The translations under genes and the position numbers were made by a program. The notes below the pieces were generated by a model. It ran no database searches. It saw nothing but the letters and a program-made list of their open reading frames with translations, and was not told the origin of the DNA. A DNA stretch of 64,000 nucleotides from Phoronis australis (Eukaryota > Animalia > Phoronida), in the NCBI GenBank assembly GCA_002633005.1, contig NMRA01000358.1, forward strand, positions 1 to 64,000, given 5' to 3'. This document shows positions 55,701 to 62,173 of this stretch, piece by piece. Positions within the stretch are counted from its first letter, which is position 1; every line of letters starts with the position of its first letter.

Positions 55701-58700
55701 ACCCACCTGTAGTGGTACCACCAATACTTACCTGTGATGGTATCACAGATACCTACCTGAAATGGTACCATATATTCCCACCTGTAAAGGTACCACATAT
55801 AACCACCTGTGATGGTACCACATACCCGCCTTTTACTTTACCACTCATACCCACCTGACATGGCACCATAAAGCCAAAATATGCACCCAATATGACACCT
55901 GAGACACCAGAATACTCACTTGAAGTGGTGACTCGTCTCTACCAACCTTCCAATGAAAGAATGTCCCATGGTGTCTCAAGACATGGCTCAGGCTTTCTCC
56001 AGAAGTTGGTCTTTTACTTGCCCCAAACTGAACTGTTTTTCATTCATCTTGTTTGTCTGCCCGCATTTTCTGTTTTCATTAGATTAGAGAGTGTCCCCTA
56101 GCCTAGAAAAGAGCAGGTTGCAATGGGGCTTGTAGTTGCTTCTGTCTTGTTCAAATCTTGATGAGTAATTGAAACGGTTTTGCTGCCAGATTTGTGAATT
56201 TTCAGCAGCGCATGTTTGAAGTGAGAGCATGGAAATTTGGAGAAAGTAATATTTTAGTGTAAACTTCCCATTTTTTGAAACATTGTTCCAACCAGTGTTA
56301 AGAACTTTGGATGTTATCGCACACCATCTACATTGTATGTCACTGTATGTTCATTCGATACCTATAATTAACCATTTTCTGTACCACGACTATGCAGTAA
56401 TTTAAGTGTACACGATAACGTCAAACGTTAAATGGATGATCTTCATATGGAATGAGCATGATATACAGTCTTGTCAGATTCAGTGTCACAAATTTTCCAA
56501 ATGGCATCTGCATCTGCAGAATTCCTAATTGTTAATTGGTTATGGGTCACTTCATAGATGAATATTGAGTAAAACTGAGGAGATCTGGTATAGTCTTTAC
56601 ATTAAGCAAAGCGAGAGAAAGTGTTCAGTAAGGTAGTGTGGTTTTGGTGTTATGATGTCAGCAATGTGTGTCGATGTTGCTCTCATTTGTCGCTTCTTTG
56701 ACTGGCTTAAACAAAACGTCATGAAAATTAAAGAAAAGTTAAAGTTCCATTTTGTCCAGTTAAATGCATTGCTTGGTCAGGGACAGTTTCACAGCCTGTC
56801 AACAGCAGGTTGTGTTATCCCAGTTGGTGGTGTGAGTCATGACTAAAGGGTGCATTGTTGTTCATTAGTGGCTTGAGCGGACATTGGGCAAGCATTCATG
56901 TTTAGCAACTCCGCTTTTATAGCCATTCCAACTACTACGCCTCCAACAACTACGACTACGCCGACAACAACAACGACGATGCCACCAACAACAACTACGA
57001 AACCACCAACAACAACTACGAAACCACCAACGACAACTACGAAACAACCAACAACTACGAAACAACCAACAACTACGAAACAACCAACAACGACGAAACC
57101 ACCAACAACGACAGTGCCACCAATCCCAGGTGACTTCAAGGCCTCGTTTCTGCTTAATTGCTTACCGTGGTGTAGTTATCAGTTCACATCATTATAAAAA
57201 TGCTTGCTTTAACTGGCTTTCAGTGCATTTTTGGTTTGTGTGAAACATATCTGATTTCTGGACACATGCTGTTATGTTGGTTGTTGACTAATCTCCCAAT
57301 AATATTTGTTGGCCAATAATGCAATATGTATGAGACTCTTTGGTTTGAAGAGAAATTCCAACATCTTATAGTTGTGACTGCATTGACGACTGATCATCCT
57401 ACCATCACTGTTTCCATGACGACAAACGAAGCAAGACCAACACCAATAACATCTGTGCTTGAAACTGATGATGTTACAGGAAGTCCAACAACAACAACCA
57501 GGCATTCAACAACAATGCCAGTGTCTGATCCATCAACGGTGACAAGTGAAGGGAGAACAAGGACAACAACAGTACAAAGAATTGAAACAAAAACACCACC
57601 ATCAACAAGTAGAACAACACTTTCTTCTAGTTCAGTTCACGCAACGGAAGAAAAACCCTCGGCAACAACAACAACAACAACAACAACAGTAATTTCATCT
57701 GCAGCCAATGGCAGAACATTGTCGGATATGTTGCCATCGACGATCTCAACTGTAGGAGGTGACACATCTGGCATGCCCTCTGTTGTCTTTCTTTATCACC
57801 CATATGTCAGTTTATTATTTCATGAGCTCTAATTTCTGTTTTCTCTGGCATCACGCAGAAGAATGTCTGAAACCGTTTGAATTTTCGGCACTCCTCTACA
57901 ATTCAAATTGTCAATTCAAGGATGTCTGAAACTATCTAAATTTTCTGCACTCTGCTTCGACGTTCTCAAATTCAATCCTGCTGGATGTAGTACTCTAACA
58001 GGTCTTAGGAAATTAATCAGGAATTTACTTAAATTAGTAGTCTAAAATAAAAGGATGATGTAGGTGACAAAAATTGAACAATGTCGTTGTTTTCATAATT
58101 TATGCTTCTGGATGACTTGAGGCTGGTAAAAGTTTGGGACGAATAAGATTTGGCATGGAAACCAACTATGCTTTTCAGGGCTGTTAATTTCCATACTACC
58201 ATGAAAAGGGCTTGTTTGGTCTGTTTTGCAGTGTCCAAGGCTGCTTTCAGGTGGAATGCAAAATTGTTTATATGACTCCAGAAAGCAAGTCGGTTGTAAT
58301 TCTTGCATCCTTTCTTCATAACATTCAGAAGTTGAATGTGATCCAATGGAGAGTTTCAGGTCTGTTGGTATACACAGCGTGGTCTCTGATGTCGCTTTCT
58401 CTCCTAGGTCTTGTGATCTTTACTGTAGTCATTGATAAGTGACCCCTGACCCTGCAGGTTGTTGCTTTTTCAGCCAGAGATTTCCGTTCAGATGTCTTTA
58501 TCTAAGTAAACCCTTGCTACGATCATATCACAGAGCTGTGGGAAGTGAAGACTCATTTGTCACTTGTTTCTTTTAAATTGGACAAAATTATGGATTGTCA
58601 TGGAATATGCGAAATTCATTAGATGGACATTAAAAGCAGTTCTCTTTTTTCCTTAGTTCATAACTATTAACTAACATGATCCCACATGGCTGCCTGCAAT

Positions 58701-60835
58701 GCTTCTCTAACACCGTCTGGTGAATTAAGAGGAACCAGGATTTTGATCATACTAACTCTGAATGTACAGTTAGTAACAGTAGTTGCAATTCTTGTCTTGT
58801 TCTCACTTCACTTCCTTTAAATACTTTATATTTTCAAACAGCAACCAATGCTTGTTCTTAAACAATGGTTTTACTGAGCCGCAAAAAATTTTCAACCAAA
58901 GCTTCTGCCTCAAACAATTTGGTTTTGCCCAGACACAGAACATCGCGTTATTCTAAGTCCTTCTTTATTCAGACCATCAAACAGTGGAACAATTTGCCTA
59001 ATAGTTTTAAGGTTGCTGATTGTTATGATAATTTCAGACACCACCTCATCAGTTACCTGTGGTCGTCATAGATGTCCCTCCTTCTTGTCTTTCCAATATA
59101 TTTACCAAAATTTTTTATTTATTTATTTATTTACTTATCTTTAATTCAAATTGTTTATCCAATTTGTAAATACTATTTTATTTAATGTATCTTATTGTAT
59201 CTTAATTTAATCTGTTGATCTAACTTAATTTAATTAATTTAATTGCTTGCTGCAGAGGACCATGCTGGATATTAGTCTTTGGCTAATGCATGTTTTACAT
59301 TATTGTATTTTTATCCTCTTTATATAAAGTTTATTATTATTATTATTATAATTAAAAAATATTACTTAACTCTTAATTTTCTCCAAACTTTGCATCCTAC
59401 TTTACTAAAAGTGAAGAATGATGACCGGTTCCCCCCACAATTACCGTGCCATCTGTCCATGATAAAATGGCTCACTCTTATGCAGTTTATCATTGTATCG
59501 CCGCTTGCTGCACTACCTCAGGATTGGACTCAATTCACACTGAAACATGTGGTGTGTTGGAAGAACTCACATAAGCATCGACTGGAGCACTTTAAAACAG
59601 TTGCTTTTGTCCTAACATCATTAGACAGAATTATGTATTAAAGTCCCCATTGTCTTTAGTAAGCTTTGTGAATGTGTCAGGGGAGGGTGCTCACTTGCAC
59701 TGCTTACGGCATGCACTCCTGTCGGCCGCTGTCATTCGCTGGTCACATTAGCACGCACTCCTGTGGGCTGCTGTCATTCGCTGGTCACATCAGCACGCAC
59801 TCCTGTGGGCCGCTGTCATTCGCTGGTCACATCAGCACGCACTCCCAGGGGCTCTTCTTTTTACTGAGCACATTTAATTTACCACATGCTGTGAAGTGGC
59901 AATCACTTTCACTGAACACAATTACTTGCACTCATGACCAGCACTCCTGTTCACTTCTTAGCGTGAAGTAACTTGAATGCTCAGTCCACTGTATAATAAG
60001 TACACTTTATGCCAATTGCAAAACTTTTTCATTATCGTGATGGCTAACGCCATTTAATACAAAAATGGCCCATGCGATGATGGCAGCTTTTCATTTTGGT
60101 AAAAGCGTATTACTAACTAAGCATTTAACCATATTTACTTCTTTGTGGACTCTGTATCATTTGGACTCTATCTGACGTAATATTGTGCTAGCCGTGAGCT
60201 GTGTACAAACTACACAATGTGTTCCCTGTTCTTGGTTAACACCAGGGACAGTACTCATCAATACTCTATACTAGCCAATCAGCTGCATGTTGCATGAAGT
60301 CAGGTGTAGTATCTGCAGTGCTCTCCACAACCGCATGCAATGTATCGCAGCCACCGGTGTGACCGTACTCCCGTTCCGTTTGATTGTCCAGCGGAGGTTT
60401 TGAAAAACTAGCGACGAGTATGTAAAAAGGCAACATCGTTGACAACATCGTATTTGGTTCAAATTACACTTGAAAACAACTGGGCACTGCCCATTGAAAC
60501 TGAATAAAGACCAAGTGGTCAGTTATCAAAAGCCTAATCAGCTATCTCACTCAACCATCAGGCCGGAATGGTATTGTGGTCAGACCTCCAGTGGTGTACT
60601 TACTGAGTTTTTTTGGCTGCCTGCATGATTTCAGTTTACTGAAACTTAAACTGGCAGTCTATTCAAGCAAATGTTATAAGAACCTTTGTTGGTGTTGTCT
60701 TCTCTCACCAACTGTTTTTCATTGTTAAAGTGCCTACGACAACGACAAAGAAGGTGACCACAACTACGACGACCCCACCTCAAGTATACACCAAGAAACC
60801 TATTCCTTCGGTGAATAATATTTCTCCCAAAGCTG
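4512..60835 (+). CDS. Multi-exon LDL-receptor-related (LRP-like) gene, partial: 4x(YWTD propeller-EGF) + 2 Sushi/CCP + Thr-rich mucin stalk
   Basis: 29 exon positions bounded by AG/GT. Phases chain without a frameshift (4926 nt using exon 16a). YWxD/AVD repeats and 6-Cys EGFs of LDLR type are present. Start codon, signal peptide and TM/stop are not in the window. Confidence 0.9.
5376..5547 (+). CDS. Exon 2: propeller 1, GLAIDENARLVFFTD...PTGIAVDP
   Basis: tttcag|TG...AAC AG|gtgtgg; phase 1-2. Confidence 0.9.
6561..6647. repeat. 11-bp tandem repeat ATATGCTAT(C/T)(G/A), running into a gap
   Basis: About 7 units before the N run. Confidence 0.85.
6648..6687. other. Assembly gap (40 N); single n also at 14635 and 62173
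   Basis: Direct reading. Confidence 0.98.
7059..7183 (+). CDS. Exon 3: propeller 1, LLYWSDPLKQTIEVSNYDGTNRRVV
   Basis: ttattag|G TTG...ATA G|gtaagt; phase 2-1; canonical YWTD repeat missed by the ORF track. Confidence 0.92.
8811..8982 (+). CDS. Exon 4: propeller 1, TLYWCDSVTHRIES...IAVDNEKIYY
   Basis: tttcag|GG...AAA AA|gtaagt; phase 1-2. Confidence 0.9.
10435..11294 (-). mobile_element. Non-autonomous Kolobok-type element with about 270-bp inverted ends
   Basis: TTAA at 10431-10434 and 11295-11298; long inverted repeats; minus-strand remnants MPHCCCVPGC (THAP start) and EPNFDKFIVDL shared with the 35375 element. Confidence 0.8.
12275..12390 (+). CDS. Exon 5: end of propeller 1, HIMYMNKMNVSDMGQLDDVADFGKLGGLTLCKDDLLYK
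   Basis: ttttccag|A...AAA G|gtaata; phase 2-1 exactly bridges exons 4 and 6. Confidence 0.8.
14359..14436. repeat. 27-bp tandem repeat x3 abutting the exon 6 acceptor
   Basis: AACAAGTTCACACGGTCAGTCTCTTGC. Confidence 0.85.
14445..14573 (+). CDS. Exon 6: EGF 1, CDKNNGGCQFICLP...CHC...DAKNC
   Basis: ccgcag|GT...ATA G|gtacgt; six Cys with LDLR-type spacing. Confidence 0.93.
14636..15120. repeat. 17-bp minisatellite CACCAAGGGGTCTGTCT
   Basis: Over 20 near-perfect copies; explains the three overlapping 17-aa-periodic ORFs. Confidence 0.95.
15154..15417 (+). CDS. Exon 7: propeller 2 start
   Basis: gatag|GT CGG...GAC G|gtggga; SISMDG motif; phase 1-1. Confidence 0.85.
16096..16276 (+). CDS. Exon 8: propeller 2, GVAVDWVHGNVYWTD...PWGIAVHP
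   Basis: tatag|GT...AAG GG|gtaagt; perfect YWTD motif. Confidence 0.95.
16416..16600. repeat. About 37-bp degenerate tandem repeat x5
   Basis: ACATCCAAGATCTGCCTGTGAGGTGACCTCCTTCATG. Confidence 0.8.
16706..16858 (+). CDS. Exon 9: propeller 2, YIFWAD...IERSDLDG...PQALTID
   Basis: gtcag|G...GAC AG|gtaagc; phase 2-2. Confidence 0.93.
17069..17592. mobile_element. MITE with CA...TG ends and a 6-bp target-site duplication (hAT-like)
   Basis: TIR CAGACCTGC(C/T)AAG; GTGCTT at 17063-17068 and 17593-17598; repeated CGTGAGA subterminal motifs. Confidence 0.7.
18230..18347 (+). CDS. Exon 10: propeller 2, VCFTNLAMVECVNYTGGERTTV...FTGMTFYH
   Basis: ttttcag|A...CAT|gtaagg; phase 2-0. Confidence 0.85.
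19062..19266 (+). mobile_element. tRNA-derived SINE
   Basis: A-box TGGCCTAGTG (19072), B-box GGTTCGAGTCC (19116), non-tRNA tail; 3' boundary approximate. Confidence 0.6.
19790..20218. repeat. 31-bp minisatellite, about 14 copies
   Basis: CACAGATGTAACCAGACACAGTGCAGTACAA. Confidence 0.92.
20871..21030 (+). CDS. Exon 11: end of propeller 2, GYLFIAD...GVVMYAEDRQP
   Basis: ttttcag|GGC...AAT G|gtaggc; RQP motif that typically precedes the EGF. Confidence 0.9.
21865..22000. repeat. 42-bp tandem repeat x3
   Basis: GCAATGTCTTATTGAAGGGATTTATATTGCAAGTTGTGTAGT. Confidence 0.8.
22914..23024 (+). CDS. Exon 12: EGF 2, CFNKGCAGLCV...CLCQEGFMLDNDKRNC
   Basis: tttcag|TT...ATG G|gtaggc; six Cys. Confidence 0.93.
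23587..23853 (+). CDS. Exon 13: propeller 3 start
   Basis: ttgcag|AA GTC...ACA G|gtaggt; open frame, phase 1-1. Confidence 0.82.
24478..24628 (+). CDS. Exon 14: propeller 3, LSVDWVSNTLYWLD...PTSIAVDP
   Basis: tttcag|AC...AAC AA|gtgagt; phase 1-2. Confidence 0.93.
26352..26477 (+). CDS. Exon 15: propeller 3, YLYYT...IKRSHMDGTN...LSVDY
   Basis: tttcag|A...CGG CG|gtaagt; phase 2-2. Confidence 0.92.
28385..28493 (+). CDS. Exon 16a (alternative): LYYVSTYIHYSKLDSIPHRRSFKISSFIPIAVTTFQ
   Basis: ttttag|T CTC TAC...TTT CAG|gtatta; 109 nt, phase 2-0. Confidence 0.82.
29207..29318 (+). CDS. Exon 16b (alternative): LYYVDLLTTYIVYASLSSGYRRLFRTGFTPTAITTFQ
   Basis: caacag|T TTA TAC...TTT CAG|gtagac; 112 nt, phase 2-0; homologous to 16a. 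Confidence 0.82.
30963..31131 (+). CDS. Exon 17: end of propeller 3, ...AYDIATYSSTNQPRPK
   Basis: tttttcag|GAT...AAA G|gtgcat; phase 0-1. Confidence 0.87.
31247..31335. repeat. 24-bp tandem repeat, about 4 copies
   Basis: CCAGTCATGAACTCGTTGAAATGA. Confidence 0.8.
31560..32860. repeat. Degenerate repeat of about 430-490 bp x3; related pieces at 45830-45955 and 49690-49930
   Basis: Recurring GGATTTTCATGAAATTTGGC, AGGATCATTATGAAAATTGG and CCCCTAGTGG motifs. Confidence 0.6.
33269..33403 (+). CDS. Exon 18: EGF 3, CDKPYSEGGCEQLCF...CKCAFGLKLDKDNRTC
   Basis: ttccag|GT...GCC G|gtgagt; six Cys. Confidence 0.94.
33948..34213. repeat. 52-bp tandem repeat x5
   Basis: GTACATTGTTAAACATCTGTCCACATGCATGTTGTTGTACCGAGCATTCCAC. 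Confidence 0.92.
34792..34892 (+). CDS. Exon 19: propeller 4 start
   Basis: ttccag|CT GAA...GTT AAG|gttagg; phase 1-0. Confidence 0.78.
35375..36847 (+). mobile_element. Kolobok DNA transposon deletion derivative with THAP pseudogene and KolX-like remnant
   Basis: TTAA|AGGCAAAGGCAACC...GGTTGCCTTTGCTT|TTAA, about 150-bp TIRs; THAP motifs on + strand; GYMFEPEY on - strand near 36390-36417. Confidence 0.85.
35637..36300 (+). pseudogene. Frameshifted THAP-domain transposase N-terminus
   Basis: MSQCCCVPGC (ATG 35637) shifts frame into LHRFPKD...VCDNHF...RLKKGAI (THAP C2CH signature). Confidence 0.8.
37105..37228 (+). CDS. Exon 20: propeller 4, VYDAKHNHIYWID
   Basis: cttcag|ACT...GAA G|gtatat; phase 0-1. 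Confidence 0.88.
37351..37507. repeat. 51-bp tandem repeat x3
   Basis: TTCTTCTGTATGAGGCAGGCCATTGGTGGGATTAGGCTACCATGTGACATT. Confidence 0.85.
39238..40077 (+). mobile_element. Second Kolobok family derivative (THAP on +, KolX-like N-terminus on -); right end degenerate
   Basis: TTAA|AGGCTAATGCC left end; intact THAP ORF; minus-strand ATG 39956 MATRNPDLEEYSSDEDF...GYQFEP/EYTDQE; partial inverted match near 40054-40077. Confidence 0.7.
39410..39715 (+). CDS. Intact THAP zinc-finger domain ORF (transposon-derived)
   Basis: GCCATGG start; CVVPACSN...FFRF...W...VCGRHF...RLKSDAVPSVF (C2CH plus AVPS box). Confidence 0.85.
   Translation: MVWCVVPACSNYEGARKAGTSFFRFHREPEMLRKWLAAVKNDKYGVHTKYEAVKHLRVCGRHFVDSDFTDEFRVAKQLIPGQKKQPRLKSDAVPSVFAFFR
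43302..43473 (+). CDS. Exon 21: propeller 4, DLALDPNSRILY...PLSIALHP
   Basis: ttgcag|GG...TCA GG|gtagag; phase 1-2. Confidence 0.9.
43877..44040 (+). CDS. Exon 22: propeller 4, IVKATMDG...PVAIAVD plus RNRR loop
   Basis: ttgtag|G GCA...CCA G|gtaagt; phase 2-1. Confidence 0.9.
45392..45652 (+). CDS. Exon 23: end of propeller 4, AIYFADR...KIYVT
   Basis: tttcag|AT...AAT G|gtgagt; phase 1-1. Confidence 0.9.
50462..50608 (+). CDS. Exon 24: EGF 4, CSKHNGGCSDFCFP...CGCP...LNC
   Basis: caatag|CT...GGA A|gtaagt; six Cys. Confidence 0.92.
51546..51713 (+). CDS. Exon 25: Sushi/CCP 1 (6-Cys), C...GC...GDSCIFWCAPGH...ITCSSTGVWS...C
   Basis: ttctag|CC...TGC A|gtgagt; conserved C..G.W motif. Confidence 0.88.
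52476..52667 (+). CDS. Exon 26: Sushi/CCP 2 (6-Cys), GSTCELRCQKG...RTC...WTGERLIC
   Basis: tccag|AG...GGT G|gtgagt; phase 1-1. Confidence 0.88.
52884..53105. repeat. 30-bp tandem repeat, about 7 copies, containing CCAAT and TGAGTCA
   Basis: GGCCAATCAGATGTGAGTCACAGATACTCT. Confidence 0.88.
53685..53756 (-). mobile_element. Degenerate tRNA-derived SINE head
   Basis: Reverse strand TAGCTCAACT...GAGGTCGTGGGTTCAAGT (A/B-box-like). Confidence 0.45.
54893..55858. repeat. Degenerate minisatellite of about 25 bp (second copy at 62174-62766)
   Basis: GATGGTACCACAGATACCCACCTGT-like units. Confidence 0.9.
56923..57129 (+). CDS. Exon 27: Thr/Pro mucin-like repeats (TTTKPP/TTTKQP)
   Basis: tttatag|CC ATT...CCA G|gtgact; 207 nt, phase 1-1. 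Confidence 0.85.
57372..57758 (+). CDS. Exon 28: Ser/Thr-rich mucin-like segment
   Basis: cttatag|TT GTG...GGA G|gtgaca; donor position uncertain (alternative GC donor after 57770). Confidence 0.7.
58865..59352 (+). mobile_element. 5'-truncated LINE (CR1/L2-group ORF2 C-terminus plus 3' UTR)
   Basis: RTSRYSKSFFIQTIKQWNNLP motif, AT-rich UTR, (ATT)n tail. Confidence 0.7.
59709..59845. repeat. 42-bp tandem repeat, about 3 copies
   Basis: GCACTCCTGTGGGCCGCTGTCATTCGCTGGTCACATCAGCAC. Confidence 0.85.
60731..60835 (+). CDS. Exon 29: Thr-rich, PTTTTKKVTTTTTTPPQVYTKKP
   Basis: gttaaag|TG...GCT G|gtaagt; 105 nt, phase 1-1. Confidence 0.8.
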
Positions 60836-61087
60836 GTAAGTTTATCCAAGTGTACAGTTCTCTTACTAAAGGTGGCGCCGTATGCACATCTGAGTATAGG
60901 CAATGTTTAGGAACATCACCTATTGGATGTTCTTCAAACTCATTAATATTCAGTATTATTTGTTTTTACTGTGAGGGGCAGAAGATACCATTAATTGTCA
61001 CCCTTCTCCCCAGCTGCGCTACTACTGTACTTGCAGTGGACATTCCTTTGTCAGCTCCCTTATGAAAAAGCTTCAGGAAATTCTAAT

Positions 61088-62172
61088 CCCGAAAGCCAGT
61101 GAGAATCTCACTGGATTCCAGTTAGATTCCAGTGAGAATATAACTAATTAAAATGCCATTTAAATTAGTGAGAAAAAATTCTCACTCTAGTGAGAATACA
61201 GTGATATTCCAGTTAGAATTCAGTGAGAATCTAACTAATTTGCATAGCATTCCCAGTCAGTGAGAATTTGTCTTACAGAAATTCTCACTCAGTAGGAATG
61301 GTATGCAAATTAGTGAGAATTTGTGTTATTGAAATTCTCACTGATTGAAAATCTCACTGGGTGAGAATTTTGAACTTAGAAAATTTTGTGTGTGCCTTTT
61401 ATACAGACACTGACTGAATAGATGAGAGATCAAAGCTTTTTGGTAACCAAAACACTGCTTATTTGTGAGTTTACATTGAAATTAGACTAAGGATACAATT
61501 TAATTGCAAATTGTGAATCATAAAAGACATAAACTAACAACAATAATGCCTTTGGTGAATCAGCAAAATATTGAAAACTCAGCTGTCAACACAGAATGAA
61601 GACATCAGTCTAATACTCGTGCTTCATGCACTCTACTAGATGTATGAAATGTACTAACCTTAAGCATGTTAACACATAAAATCAGTCCAGGGTCCCCTCT
61701 AGTTGACTTGCAGACAAACTGTTCAGTAATTTCACAATATTTGTGAGAAAAACATCAACAATCTTCAAGCTATTTCTCCAACTGCTCATTCCTGGCGCCA
61801 TTTTAGTTTGAAATTCAGAAATCTGGTTCAACTGAAATTTTCCACAGTTACAGCCAATCAGGGTGTTTGTTTATCTTAAATTCTCACTGAATTCTCACTC
61901 CAATTTTGGCAAGTCTAAATTCTCACTCAATTCTCACTCAGATTTTTTCTAAGTCTGAAATTCTCACTGATTCTCACTCAGAATTTTTCTAAGACCAAAA
62001 TTCTCACTGGATTCTCACTGTTACATAACATTTTCTCACTCATTCTCACTGACTGCCCCTGTTGTTCAATTCCCACTGGGTTCTCACTGGCATTTCTAAC
62101 TATAATTGGTGATTTAGTGAAAATCTAACTGGAATCTAACTGGAATCCAGTGAGATTCTCACTTTCTTTTTC
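61088..62172. mobile_element. MITE with AGTGAGAAT subterminal repeats (EnSpm/CACTA-like organisation)
   Basis: AGTGAGAATCTCACTGGATTCCAGTTAGATTCCAGT is inverted at both ends; AGTGAGAAT predominates on the left and ATTCTCACT on the right; right end cut by the n at 62173. Confidence 0.7.
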
Positions 62173-62173
62173 N

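Noticed and set aside
56843-57139. Minus-strand Val/Gly-rich ORF resembling a membrane protein
   Set aside because: It is the antisense shadow of the Thr/Pro mucin exon 27.
4512-60835. Assigning the symbol LRP6, LRP4 or LRP1
   Set aside because: No LDLa repeats or cytoplasmic motifs are visible and the propellers are very divergent, so orthology cannot be established by eye.
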